39,257 nt of DNA from Chiloscyllium plagiosum (lineage: Eukaryota). The stretch covers positions 88,268,876 through 88,308,132 of the forward strand of contig NC_057718.1 in the NCBI RefSeq assembly GCF_004010195.1. The letters are read 5' to 3'. The notes beneath the pieces were generated by a model, which was not told where the DNA came from, did no database searches, and was given only the letters and a program-made list of their open reading frames with translations. A program made the translations under genes and the position numbers. Below, piece after piece: positions 22,853 through 34,140 of this stretch. Every line of letters starts with the position of its first letter. Positions within the stretch are counted from its first letter, which is position 1.

Positions 22853-24639
22853 GATTCTCCTGCTCCTTGGATGCTGCCTGACCTGCTGCGCTTTTCCAGC
22901 AACATATTTTTCAGCTCTGATCTCCAGCATCTGCAGTCCTCACTTTCTCCCCCTCAAAGATCAGCAAGGCGGCCTTTGTGTGGAGAGGCAGGAGATGGGG
23001 GAGATACTAAACGAGTATTTTACATCAGTATTTACTGTGGGAAAAGGACATGGAAGATATAGAATGTAGGGAATAAGATGATGACATCTTGAAAAGTGAT
23101 AGCAGAGGAGGAAGTGCTGGATGTATTGAAATGCATAAAAGTGGATAAATCCCCAGGACCTGATCAGGTGGATCCTAGAACCCTGAGGGAAGCTAGAGAA
23201 GTGATTGCTGGGCCTCTTGTTGAGATATTTGTATCATCGATAGTCACAGGTGAGGTGCCTGAAGACTGGAGGTTGCCTAACATGGTGCCACTATTTAAGA
23301 AAGATGGTAACGACAAGCCAGGGGAACTATAGACCAGTGAGCCTGATGTCAGTGGTGGTCAACTTGTTGGAGGGAATACTGAGGGACAGAATGTACATGT
23401 ATTTGGAAAGACAAGGACTGATTAGGGATAGTCAACATGGCTTTGTGCGTGGGAAATCATGTCTCATAAACTTGATTGAGTTTTTTGAAGAAGTGACAGG
23501 ATTGATGAGGGCAGAGCGGTAGATGTGATCTATATGGACTTCAGTAAGGCGTTTGACAAGGTTCCCCATGGGAGACTGGTTCGCAAGGTTAGATCTAATG
23601 GAATGCAAGGAGAACTAGCCATTTAGATACAGAACTGGCTCAAAGGTAGATGACAGAGGGTGGTGGTGGAGCGTTATTTTTCAGACTGAAGGCCTGTGAC
23701 TAGTGGAGTGCTACGTGGATACTTTTCTTAATTTATATAAATGATTTGGATGTCAGCATAAGAGGTATAGTTGGTAAGTTTGCAGATGACGCCAAAATTG
23801 AAGGTGTAATGGACAGCGAAGAAGGTTAGTCCAGATTGCAAAGGGATCTTGACCAGATGGGCCAGTGGGCTGAGGAGTGGCAGATGGAGTTTAATTTAGA
23901 TAAATGTAAGGTGCTGCATTTTGGGAAAGCAAATCTTAGCAGGGGTTGTATACTTAATGGTAAGGTCCGAGGGAGTGTTGCTGAACAAAGCAACCTTGAA
24001 GTGTTGTTTCATAGCTCCTTGAAAGTGGAGTAGCAGCTAGTTAGGATAGTGAAGAAGGCGTTTGGTATGCTTTTCTTTATTGGTCAGAGTATTGAGTAAA
24101 GGAATTAGGAGGTGATGCTGTGGCCATACAGGACATTGGTTAGGCCACTTTTAGAATATTGCATGCAGTTCTGGTCTCCATCCTATTGGAAAGATGTTGT
24201 GGAACCTAAAGGATTCAGAAATGATTGACAAGGATGTTGCCAGGGTTGGAGGATTTGAGCTGTCGGGAGATGTTGAATAGGCTAGGGCTGCTTTCCCTGG
24301 AGCGTCGAGGCTGAGGAGTGACCTCAGAGAGGTTTATAAAATCATGAGGGACATGGATAGTATAAATAGACTTTCCCCTGAGGTGGGGGAGTGCTAAGGG
24401 GCAGCGTTTTCACCCAGAGGGTGGTATGTGTATGGAATGAGCTGCCAGAGGAAGTGGTGGAGGCTTGTACAATTGCAACATTTAAAAGGCATCTGGATGG
24501 GTATATGACGAGGAAGGGTTTAGAGTGATGTGGGCCAATTGCTGGCAGGTGGGACTAGATTGGGTTGGGATACCCGGTTGGCATGGACGAGTTGGGCCGA
24601 AGAGTCTGTTTCCAATATCTTTCATAAGCTTATAGTTAT

Positions 24640-25170
24640 ATCTGTATCTTGCACCCTTGCAAGCAGTAATTTCCAAATCTGAACTTTTCCTTAGTCACTT
24701 CTGGTACTTTTCCCTCCAGTACACTTCTAGCTAATGACTGACATCTATGTTCTCCTGTAATTCAGTCTTCAGGCATTGGAATCGGTTCCTCTTTATTTAT
24801 TTTATCCACATCCTTTACGATTTTAAATGTCTCTATGAAGTTTCCTCTTTGCTTCTCCTCAAAGGAGAGCCCCAACTTCACCAGTATATCCATAAGTGAG
24901 ATCTCTCATCCCTGGAACCATTCCAGTAAAAGGCTCCTGAGCTGTCTTCAAAATCAAAATCATAAAGTTCTTACTAAAATATAGTGTCCAGAGTTGCATT
25001 CAATATTCCAGTGAGGACCAAGCTAATGTTTTAAGTAGGTTTAGCACAGTATCTTGGGTTTTATACTTTCTGCGATCATTTATAAAGCCCGTGATTCCAC
25101 GTGTTATGTGTTAAACTCTCCTGCCACTATCAAAGATTTGTGCATAAATACCCCTGCCTCTCCCATATGT
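24640..25170 (-). mobile_element. Old CR1 3' region
   Basis: Reverse complement gives LVLTGILNATL/EY.MQLW-like sequence, gaatggttccagggatgaga and catagagacatttaaaatc, which resemble the CR1 C-terminus. Confidence 0.55.
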
Positions 25171-25214
25171 TCTTTTGAGTTGGGCTTTTGTGCAATCCCT
25201 CATTTTGTCACTGC

Positions 25215-25440
25215 ACTCTGCTTTCAGCTGTCTTGATCCTAAACTCTGGAATTTTCTCCCTCACCAGTCAGCCTTTATGGTTGCCTTTTTAAAATTGCTC
25301 TTTATAACCTTTCTAATTAGCCAAAAAGTTAATTATCTGCCTTTGCATGTCTATGTGTGTGTCATTGTGTCAGGTAACAATCCAGTGTAGGACCCTGGGA
25401 TTTTACTTAAATTAAAGGCACTACATAAATGCACATTGCT
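25215..25440 (+). mobile_element. L2-like 3' end remnant
   Basis: gctttcagctgtc..cctaaactctggaatt..ctccct (AFS...P.LWN.LP) and tail ccctgggat..ttaaaggcactacataaatgca. Confidence 0.55.
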
Positions 25441-27085
25441 GACTATAAACCGAGAGTTTAAAACAATTCATTTTAACAAAATTACTATAGATGTATGCTG
25501 GAGATATGGTGAACTATAAATGGAGCCTTTGTTTAGCAATCTGCCTCTGATAATTACTGGTTAGTTGTTTTCTGTTAAAGTAGCAATTTCAATTATCCAT
25601 TGATCTGATTTAAAGGATGAAAACAGCATCGGAATTCATTACTTTAAAAAGAATGTTATCTAATAATTAGAAAGATGTGACTTTGAACTTCACAAGGATG
25701 GATTCTAATGGAATTATCCAATGCCTTTAGAAATGGGTCTCACTGAACTGGAAAAAAAATTACTCTGCAATCCACTTATAGTATAAATGAAGATTAGAAA
25801 CTTCATAGGTTGAGTGAAGATTTTTTGAACTATTTTAGAAAAGTTGAATTAGCAATTTATGAATAATTTTCTAGTGCTACTAGTAGCAGCTCAAGACATT
25901 GGACATTTGAGTTTTAATCTGAGAACCAGGACATTCAATTGATGCAGTTCAGCTTTGAAACCTCTACTGAGTTTCTCACACTTTAATTTCTGACACAACC
26001 CCTGGTGGCCACAGTTTATCTTTCCACGTTGAAGTCTGAACCCAGCAGAAGCATTTAATTCTGCATTTATTGATGGTAAGACTATTCTACCTACATGGGA
26101 CATCAAACTAAGAATTTGGTTCAAAAATAGGGAAAAAAAAGCGACTGGAAGGTATTGAGTTGAGACTGAGATGGTGCTGAGTGGAATGTTAAGGCCATTA
26201 GATGCCTGTTGCTTCTGATCTCTAAACAACCTAGGCATTGAAACAAATTGCAAGCTTTATCAAATTTCTGTAATGCTCCAAAATAGAGAGCAGTACATAC
26301 TCTGATAGTAACTGTTAAAGATATACAGGGGATTTATAGGCGTGATGGGAAAAAAAACTAGTGAAAACTAAAATTTAAACTGAGATTTAAAGTTATTCTC
26401 ATGAGTCAAACGATTGTATAACTGAGGAATGATAGTACGCTGTTTGTCCTGTTGAATGCGACATGGTTTTGAAGTATTGCGAAATATAACCAGAACATTG
26501 GGACAAGAGCATTTCGGTCTTGTTTAAATATCACTGCTTTTCTAGGGCAGTATGTTCAGTTTAGTTATAATTCCACAAAAATGCTTAAGTATATTTTGGG
26601 AAAAATGGAAATAAGAGCAACAAATGTAAAGGAAGGATTTACTGTGGGGACTGTTTGGAAAAGTATAACTTTATAGCATAAAAAGGAGCAAGAGATGCAC
26701 AAGTTTAGTTCGCTACTTCAAAGTGAAGTAGATCAGTCGGACTGCAGGTATTAACTTAATTGCATGAAAAGTACATTTCAAGCTGACCTGAAGAATCAAT
26801 CACACTGGCTGGCTGGAATAATTTGTTAGCTGATTTGTTAAGAAAGTTACTGAAATATTATTTATCTTTAAAATGTAATAGGATGCCAGGCTGGGAGTTT
26901 TATTTGCTGTAATGTGTGAAATCTCATTGTCAGGTTTAATCACCTATTCAAGCTGCTGCAAAGCCAGCAGAGTTTGCATTTGACTAATGGGGAGCAAACA
27001 TGCCAATACACAAGTCCAGGAAATCGAGGCATGTGTTAACTGAAGCCAAGTTTTAAAATATTGTTAGGCATGCACAAAAATATAG

Positions 27086-27659
27086 TTGAATAGAACATTG
27101 GTTAGGCTACTTTTGGAATATTGCATGCAATTCTGGTCTCCTTCCGATAGGAAGGATGTTGTGAAACTTGAAAAGATTCAAAATAGATTTACAAGGATGT
27201 TGCCAGGGTTGGAAGATTTGAGCTATAGGAAAAGGTTGAATGGGCTAGGGCTGTTTTCCCTGGAGTGTTGGAGGCTGAGGGGTGACCTTTATAGAGGTTT
27301 ATAAAGTCATGAGGAGCAAGGATAGGGTAAATAGACAAGATCTTTTCCCTGGGGTGGGGGAGTCCAGAACTAGAGAGCATTGGTTTAAGGTGAGAGGGGA
27401 AAGATATTTAAGAGACCTACAGAGCAGCTTTTTCACACAGAGGGTGGTGCATGTGTGGACTAGGCTGCCAGAGGAAGTGGTGGAGGCTGGTACAATTGCC
27501 ACATTTTAAAAGGCATTTGGATTGGTAGATGAACAGGAAGGGTTTGGAGGGATATGGGCCAGGTGATGGTAGTTGGGACTAGATTGGGTTGGGATATCTC
27601 GTCAGCATGGACATGCTGGAACCAAGGGTCTGTTTCCATGTTGTACATCTCTGACTCTA
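27086..27659 (+). mobile_element. 5'-truncated CR1 3' fragment (young family)
   Basis: RTLVRLLLEYCMQFWSP...FFTQRVVHVW.LPEEVVEAGTI; ends gtttccatgttgtacatctctgactctaa. Confidence 0.92.
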
Positions 27660-27949
27660 AATATAGCAGCTAACGTTATAGACTACACAGAACTGGATAA
27701 CTTTTCATTCATCAATGACTACCTTTCTTAAAGGCTAACTGTTTACAGGATAATCTTGTACCTTTGCTTCAGATCTTAATAAATGGGTTAGGTTGTTTTG
27801 GGATACTATATGCACTGAAGTACTGGAAAGTTGTGCCAGTGAGGAATCAGGCTGCCAGATCTGGAGCAGGTCGCTTTCTAATCTTGTGACATCAAGCATG
27901 ACCTGTTGAAACTGAACTTAAAGGTCCTAGGGAAATATTAATTTATATG

Positions 27950-28790
27950 CAGAAGATATGGTGGGGGGGGTGGTTAAGGACTAAACAATAGGTGGAGATA
28001 GAGCCCAAAGAGAAGAACAGCTGGACAGACAAAGGAGTAGATAAGGATCTGGCTAGGAGGGTGAATACCTGTTATTGGAGATGGTTAATGGCTAACCATA
28101 GGTAGTATGTAATGACAGACAGCGATAACAAGGCCTGTTGAGTGGCATAGGGGGCTAGGACGTGGGAGAGTTCAGGCCCTAAAATTATTGAACTCTATAT
28201 TGAGTCCAGAGGGCTTCAGGGTTCCTAAGTGGAAAATTAATTGTTGTTCTTCCAACTTGCGCTGAGTTAACCTTTGCCACTTTAACACGCCACACTTTCT
28301 CCTGGCTAACATTTTTTGTCTCAGGCCTGCTATAGTGTTCCAGTGAAACTCCGCGCAAGCTGGAAGAGCACATAATTTTCTGCTTGGGCACCCGTCGGCT
28401 CTCCAGACTCAATATTGAGTTCAATAATTTTAGGGCCTGAACTCTCCCCATGACCTAGCCCCCTATCCCACATACCAGGCCTTGTTATCATATAGTCTGC
28501 TAGGTAGTACGCACTACCTATTCTTAGCTTTTAATGGAGACTGTTAATAGCTATTTACCCATATTTATCTGTACAACCGCTATTCTGTCTTTGGGCTCTA
28601 TCCCCACTTCTCATTTACTCCTAACCTCCTCCCTGGCATTTTCCTAGCTTCCATCAGTTCTGAGGAAGGCTCACTGGACATGAAATGTTAAGTCTGTTTT
28701 GTCTTCACAGATGCTGCCAGATGGGCTGAGCTTTTCCAGCAATTCTGCTTTTGTTTCTGATTTATAACATCCACAATTATTTGGCTTTTA
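27950..28790. mobile_element. Head-to-head PLE remnant (family C)
   Basis: 27960-28267 is the reverse complement of 28350-28635 (e.g. gggagagttcaggccctaaaattattgaactc versus gagttcaataattttagggcctgaactctccc). RKLEEHIIFCLGT..LNIEFNNF is the endonuclease end. Degenerate hammerhead at 28660-28689. Confidence 0.8.
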
Positions 28791-28850
28791 AAGAGGCTCT
28801 TGTTTGTCTGTCTTTCTTCTTCTCAACCTACCCACTTCGCAACACAATCC

Positions 28851-28934
28851 GCGGATACTGCCTGACCTGCTGTGCTTTTCCAGCACTGCACTCGCAACGC
28901 TAATCTCCAGCATCTGCAGTCCTCACTTTCGCCC
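28851..28934 (+). mobile_element. Solo PLE family A tail
   Basis: ggatactgcctgacctgctgtgcttttccagca..ctccagcatctgcagtcctcactttc matches 22869-22950. Confidence 0.8.
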
Positions 28935-29123
28935 TGTGTAGTCTGTGGTCCAGCAGAAATTGAGTACTAACAAATGAACATTGACAGACTCGCCATCTTT
29001 TGACTTAAGTGCTGACCAAGGCTGAAGACCATTTCAACACAGAATAAAGCATCATGAGTAGGTTGGTCAGCTAGCTCATGGCTGGTTAGATCATCGTAGC
29101 TCTATTTGCCTTGCCTTGTTTAC

Positions 29124-29302
29124 GGAGAAAGGGAGAACTGCAGATGCTAGAGATCGGAGTTGAAAAGTGTAGCACTGGAAAAGCACATCAGGTCAGGCAA
29201 CATCCGAAGAGCAGGAAAATCACGTTTTGGACAAAAGCCCTTCATTAACCCTTCCTGATGCTGCCTGACCTGTGCTTTTTCAGCGTCACACTTTTGGACT
29301 CC
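29124..29302. mobile_element. Short inverted PLE family A remnant
   Basis: Minus-oriented tail plus partial hammerhead at 29124-29245, followed by plus-oriented gatgctgcctgacctgtgctttttcagc. Confidence 0.75.
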
Positions 29303-29789
29303 TATCTTCTGTATATCACTTAATATCCTTACTTAACAACAATGTGATCAATCTTAAACTCTGAAATTTTCAGTTCATCCCCACCAGCCCCAACCTCAGC
29401 AACTTTTTAATGGAGAGGGACCTAGAATATTAACATTGTTTGTGTAAAACAATGCATACACTTCCTTACGGCTGAGCTCTGAGTTTAAGGTTATGTCTGA
29501 TTATTTTGGACTCTCCACCAGACCAAATAATTTCTCTCTCTCTTTTTACCCTGTCAACTCCTTTAATCATTCATGACTATTTCTTCTGTATGGAAGAGAA
29601 TGGAAGCCTACTCTCGTGTTCCTGATCTCAACATTTTAAATCTTGTAGTCCAAGTTTCATTCAGGAGCTGTAGCTCGTCTCCAGATCTAATACCTTTTTA
29701 GCATTTAAAATTGATAATGGGTATGCATGAAGAAGAATTTAAGGTTCACTGTAAGAGTATTAGGTGTGTTGCTTGAGCAATTGAGGTAA

Positions 29790-30079
29790 TGAAAGGCAGT
29801 AGAAGTGCTGTCTTTCAGATGGGTAGAGGTCCCTTGGCACTAGTGGAAGAGGAGTATGGTACTTCATTGTAGCTTGACCAATATTTATCACTTAACCAAT
29901 ATCACAAGAAGAGACCATTTGATTATGATCACATTGCTGTTTTTGGAATCTTGCTGTGCACAAATTGATTGTTACGTTTCTAATACAACACCAGTAACTT
30001 CTCTTCTAAAGTACTTTGGTTCAGTCATTTATGATACTCTAAGATTGTGAAAAGCACTGTATAATCACAGTCTTTCTTT
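29790..30079 (+). mobile_element. Deu-domain SINE ending at the MTHFD1L splice acceptor
   Basis: gtgctgtctttcagatg..ccttggcacta..gaccaatatttatc..atcacattgctgtttttggaatcttgctgtgcacaaattg..aaagtactt..ttgtgaaaagcactgtata..agtctttcttt is collinear with the copies at 7550 and 32010. Confidence 0.75.
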
Positions 30080-30085
30080 GCATAG

Positions 30086-30263
30086 GACTGATACTGAAGC
30101 AGAGATTAATCTTGCCTGTCAAATTGCAAAATGCTCTGGAGCTTATGATGCTGTGCCATGCAATCACTGGTCCATTGGAGGCAGAGGGTCATTACAGCTG
30201 GCTGAGGCTGTCAGGCAGGCTGCAGATCAGAAGAGTAGCTTCAATTACCTTTATGACCTAAAG
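30086..30263 (+). CDS. MTHFD1L: MTHFD1L coding exon (178 nt): (K)TDTEAEINLACQIAKCSGAYDAVPCNHWSIGGRGSLQLAEAVRQAADQKSSFNYLYDLK
   Basis: Acceptor tctttctttgcatag, donor gtaaga at 30264. The first G completes the AA|G Lys codon from the previous exon. DAVPCxHWSxGGxGS is MTHFD1L-like. Confidence 0.94.
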
Positions 30264-30694
30264 GTAAGAACCTTTTCTTTTAAAACTTGTTCTCTATTTA
30301 GATAAGTGTCAAATGTTCCCCTATGAGATACAATGAATATAGTAGCCAAAGTAAGGGGTATGGTGGTAGGAAAACCACAGGCAAACTGCTGGCAATTGCC
30401 TGAAATGTATTTGCTGTACATCAGTAAGAATAAAACAAGACCTGCTTTCAACCTGCTATTTCAGGAAAGCACCGTGGAGTCACATTTGCAGGTATAAAGT
30501 AAACTTACAAAATTCTCATACATGCTGCAGATATCATAAGTTATCGATGTTAATGACTCTGCAGTACTAATGTGGAATTGAGTCACCAATAAGCCAAAAG
30601 TGCTAAGCATAACCATCACTGAACCCCTTGGGCTATGAAAGATAAATAGGAAGTGAAACTGTTAATAACATATGTAATCACAAGTAGACTGGAA

Positions 30695-30895
30695 CACAAT
30701 GAGAATTCTCCTTCTTTTGAATAGTGCTATGGGTTCTTTTGCGTGCAACTGAGAGAACATGTGGCCTCTGTTTACTATTTCACTTCCTGCAATGTAGTCC
30801 TTCCTTGATGTTGCACTGGACAGTCTGCGATACATTATCGAGTGGGTGTTGAACCCATATCCCCTGACTGAAAGAAGAATTCTATCACCTGGTGT
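30695..30895 (-). mobile_element. Degenerate Deu-domain SINE
   Basis: Reverse complement contains gggttcaacacccactc, ccagtgcaac, aaacagaggcc and aaaagaacccatagcactattcaaaagaag. Confidence 0.6.
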
Positions 30896-31261
30896 AGAGC
30901 TGCAGGTTATGACAATAAAACTGCCCTGTGTGCACGTGTACAATGATGCAGGACTGCAACATTAACAGTATCTGTTGCAGTCATAGACTGCAACCAAGAG
31001 AATGAAGATACAAGGTATTTTAATAGACTGGAAGCACTGTAGTATGATCTGGGGGTGGGGCATACTCTTTTTGCCTATCTCGTACAGCTTGGTCTCACTA
31101 TTTGAAAAATGAGGGGCTGAGACAAATAGAGACACATCCTATTAGCACTCCAGGAATTAGACAGAATATTGACAGATAAATAATCCATGATAAGGTCATG
31201 CTAAACCTCTCTCTTACAATTGGATAGAGTGAGGTGTTGGGAATGTTGAAATATTCAAAAT

Positions 31262-31602
31262 GGGGCAGCACGGTGGCTCAGTGGTTAGCACTGCTCTCAC
31301 CGGGACCCAGGTTCGATTCCAGCCTTGGGCAACTGTGTTTAGAGTTTGCACGTTCTCCCTGTGTGTGCGTGGGTTTCCTCCGGATGCTCCAGTTTCCTCC
31401 CACAATCCAAAGATGTGCAGGTTAGGTGAATTGGCCATGCTAAATTGCCCCGTGGTGTTCAGGGATTTGTAGGTTAGATACATAGTCGGGGTAAATGTAG
31501 GGTAATAGGATAGGGGAATGGGTCTGGGTGGGTTATTCCTCCGGAGGGTCGGTGTGTACTTGGTGGGCCAAATGGCCTGTTTCCACACTGTAGGGATTCT
31601 AT
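31262..31602 (+). mobile_element. Full-length HE1/V-SINE
   Basis: A box TGGCTCAGTGG, B box GGTTCGATTCC, V core, and CR1-like 3' end ggcctgtttccacactgtagggattctat. Confidence 0.92.
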
Positions 31603-32009
31603 AAAAGGAAAATTTAAAAATCAGCAATCTGTTCTTCCATTATTTTATTTCACTCAGTCTCATTCCCAACTGGTTCATTCTGATTTGTTGCCAGAATGTT
31701 TCTTAATATGAAAGTAAGCTCTGACAAAGCTGAATGAAATATTTTCACATTTATTTAACCTTTCTTCCTGGGAAAACCATACAATCACTCAAAAAGACAG
31801 TAGGTGGAGCTTCAGTTAGAAAATTCAGCCCTGGGTCTCAGTAACAGGAAGGCTTTCATTCTTTTAGCACTTTTTTAGCCATGGCTGTAAAGATTTTTGT
31901 AACAATTGTGCACTTTTAAGGAGATAGTGACAATCTAACTATACAAGCTAGATTTAATCCAGGATGAAAGAGGCTGTGCTACAAACAAAGGAGTTAGCCA
32001 GTCCTTGTT

Positions 32010-32400
32010 TGACGTGTAGCAGTTGCCTCTGAATGAGAAAGCTATGGACTCAGATTTGAGCGCACAATCTGAGCTGTCACTCCTGAAAATGTACTACAAC
32101 AGTCTTAATGGATGGAGGTCACTATCTTTAGTATGAGACATTAAACTGAGGCTCTGAATGTTCTCAAATGACATTATTTGAAGAAAAGCAGAGAAGTTCT
32201 CCGAAGAAACCAACTCAATATCTATCCTTCACCCATCATCGTTAGAGGCAGTGCAATCTTTTTGTTACCTCTTGCTGTTTGTGGGGCCTTGCAGTGCATA
32301 AATTTCACAGTAATTACACTTCAAGTGATTGCATTGACACTACAGTGCTTTGGTACAAGCTAAGGTTGCAAGATAGCTATAGAAATACAAGTTTTTTTTT
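32010..32400 (+). mobile_element. Degenerate near-full-length Deu-domain SINE
   Basis: tgagcgcacaatct..gctgtcactcc..atgagacattaaactgagg..ttgctgtttgtggg..cagtaattacacttcaa..gctatagaaatacaagttttt. Confidence 0.7.
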
Positions 32401-34140
32401 TAAACGTAGAGGATCAGGCATGGGATTTTCTTTTTCCTTCCTCTGCTTTGATTTTAGTGCTTGAATATTTTCCTTGTATCTTGAGGACCAGAATGTGACC
32501 CAGCTTGATTCTAGTCTGGATAGAGGTATCTACAAAATGAACATAATTCCCTCTAGCTTGAGTCTATTTCTTTTCGTCTATAGTTTTTTCTGCATTTGAG
32601 CAGTCTTTAATAAATAGAACTTCCTAGTTTATTGGGTTTCCTCTGCAGGTTTGCTGCTGACCTAAGCCTTGACTCATTTGCTATTTTTTAAAGTTAAGAA
32701 ACCAAAGCAATCACCCCCTCCTCCCAAGAAAATGATAAAAAGGTTAAAAAATGTCAGTCCAAGCTCAGAAGAAGGCTTTTTTCATATTCCTGGAGTGAAA
32801 TTTTATGCTTTTCAGATACCTGAAAGTGAAAGTAATTATATGGATTTATGCAATAAAATGTAAGATTATTCACTTTATACGCAATCAGAAGTATCCCATC
32901 GGAACCTTCACAATACATGAATACAAATATTTTACCTTGTTATAATTCTTTTTAGGGCATCTTGAAATTTTCCTAACTAGTTGTATCAGGTCATATAAGA
33001 TATAATGAGTAAGTTAGATTTTAAAAGTGAACATCAATGGTGAATGAAAATACCATCATTTTTACGTTTAATGAACATTGAGTAGATAGACTGGAGAAGT
33101 ATGCAGTACTATGGCAGGTGAAATTTAACGTAGCAAAATGAATTGCACAGATTTAAAGTGCGTGTAGGATCAGAGATTTGTGGAGTTTACATACACAGTG
33201 CTTTGAAGGAGCTGAGACAAGTTGAGAAGATTGTTCTTATGAAAGGGTGCACATATGACCCATGCCATTGTTGGGTGAAACACTGTGCTCGGATGTGCAG
33301 TATTGGAGTGACGTTTGGTATGATTCTACTAAAGCAGGAGACCAGAAAAGCATAAGATATTGGAGCAGATATGGGACCAAAAACGCACACTCAATATTTC
33401 AAATGCAGTCTGACCGTAGCCTTATACAACCTCGGAAATATATCCATGCTCTTGTATTCTAGCCCTCTTGAAGTGAATGCCAACATTGCATTTGCCTTCC
33501 TAACTGTCAACTGAACCTGTATGTTAATCTTAAGAAAATCTTGAAGTAGGACTTCTAAGTCCCTTTGGACTTCAGATTTCTGAAGACTTTCCCTATTTAG
33601 AAAATAGTCAATGCTTCAATTCTTCATATCAAAGTGTGTAACCTTATGCTTGCCTACACTGTATTCCATGTGCTGCCACTTTGCCTATTCTCCTAGCCTT
33701 TCCAATTCCTTCTGTAGCCTCTCAGTCTTTAAAGTATAACATGAATAGTGGTAGTCCGAACACTGAGCCCTGCAGAACATCACTACTCACCAGCAACTGT
33801 CATGAAAAAGACCTTTCTACCCCCACCATCTGCTTCTGACAGTCAATCAGTCCTCTCTCCATTCCAGTACCTTACTCTGAACAGTATGGACTGCCTTAGC
33901 AGCCTCCTGTTCAGCACCTTATCAAACGGCCTTTTGGAAATCCAAACAGAGTCCGCTGGCTCCCCTTTGTCTAACTTGCTTGTTACTGTCTCAAAGAATT
34001 CTAACAGATTTGTCAGGCATGAACTCTCCTTGATGGAGCTGTACTGACTCAGTCCTATTTTACCATGCATATCCAAGTATTCTGCAATCCCATCCTTAAT
34101 AATGGACTCTCAAATCTTACCAGCAATCAAGGTCAGGCTA

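Larger units (their letters stand above)
22137..22949. mobile_element. Head-to-head Penelope-like insertion (family A) in CR1 ORF2
   Basis: Minus arm 22137-22653 and plus arm 22654-22949 both encode the GIY-YIG C-terminal region (AEHFNSPSH..DMQVLG...RLEE..LIF.LGTLQ.QGMN). Hammerhead in each arm. Duplicated target cccctc(g/a)aag at 22127 and 22950. NNNN at 22816-22819. Confidence 0.88.
19401..24613 (+). mobile_element. Apparently full-length CR1 LINE, disrupted; ORF1 from ATG 20011 to about 20900, ORF2 about 21020-24480
   Basis: 5' UTR of about 610 nt is collinear with 7173-6560 (-). Esterase motifs GDCLVR, CCFAGSRIKDV, YKKDGLHL. APE motifs CIYFNAR, IETWL, GDFNFP. RT motifs NYRPVSL, DFSKAFDKVP, KFADDAK. 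Many stops and frameshifts. Confidence 0.93.

Noticed and set aside
19389..24630. Target-site duplication around the second full-length CR1
   Set aside because: The flanks do not match, and the terminal tail of this copy appears to be missing.
25440..27085. Repeat-poor AT-rich stretch and short ORFs (e.g. 25891-26253 minus) as a nested gene or conserved element
   Set aside because: No recognisable motif or exon structure; conservation cannot be judged without alignments.
15718..30263. Assignment to cytosolic MTHFD1
   Set aside because: Residues such as [19 protein letters not shown] and AVPCxHWS fit MTHFD1L better by recollection. A phylogeny or synteny check would confirm.
29790..30895. 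Inverted Deu-SINE pair around the 178-nt exon as a pairing structure
   Set aside because: The copies are too diverged and overlap in only a short part of the consensus, so stable pairing is unlikely.
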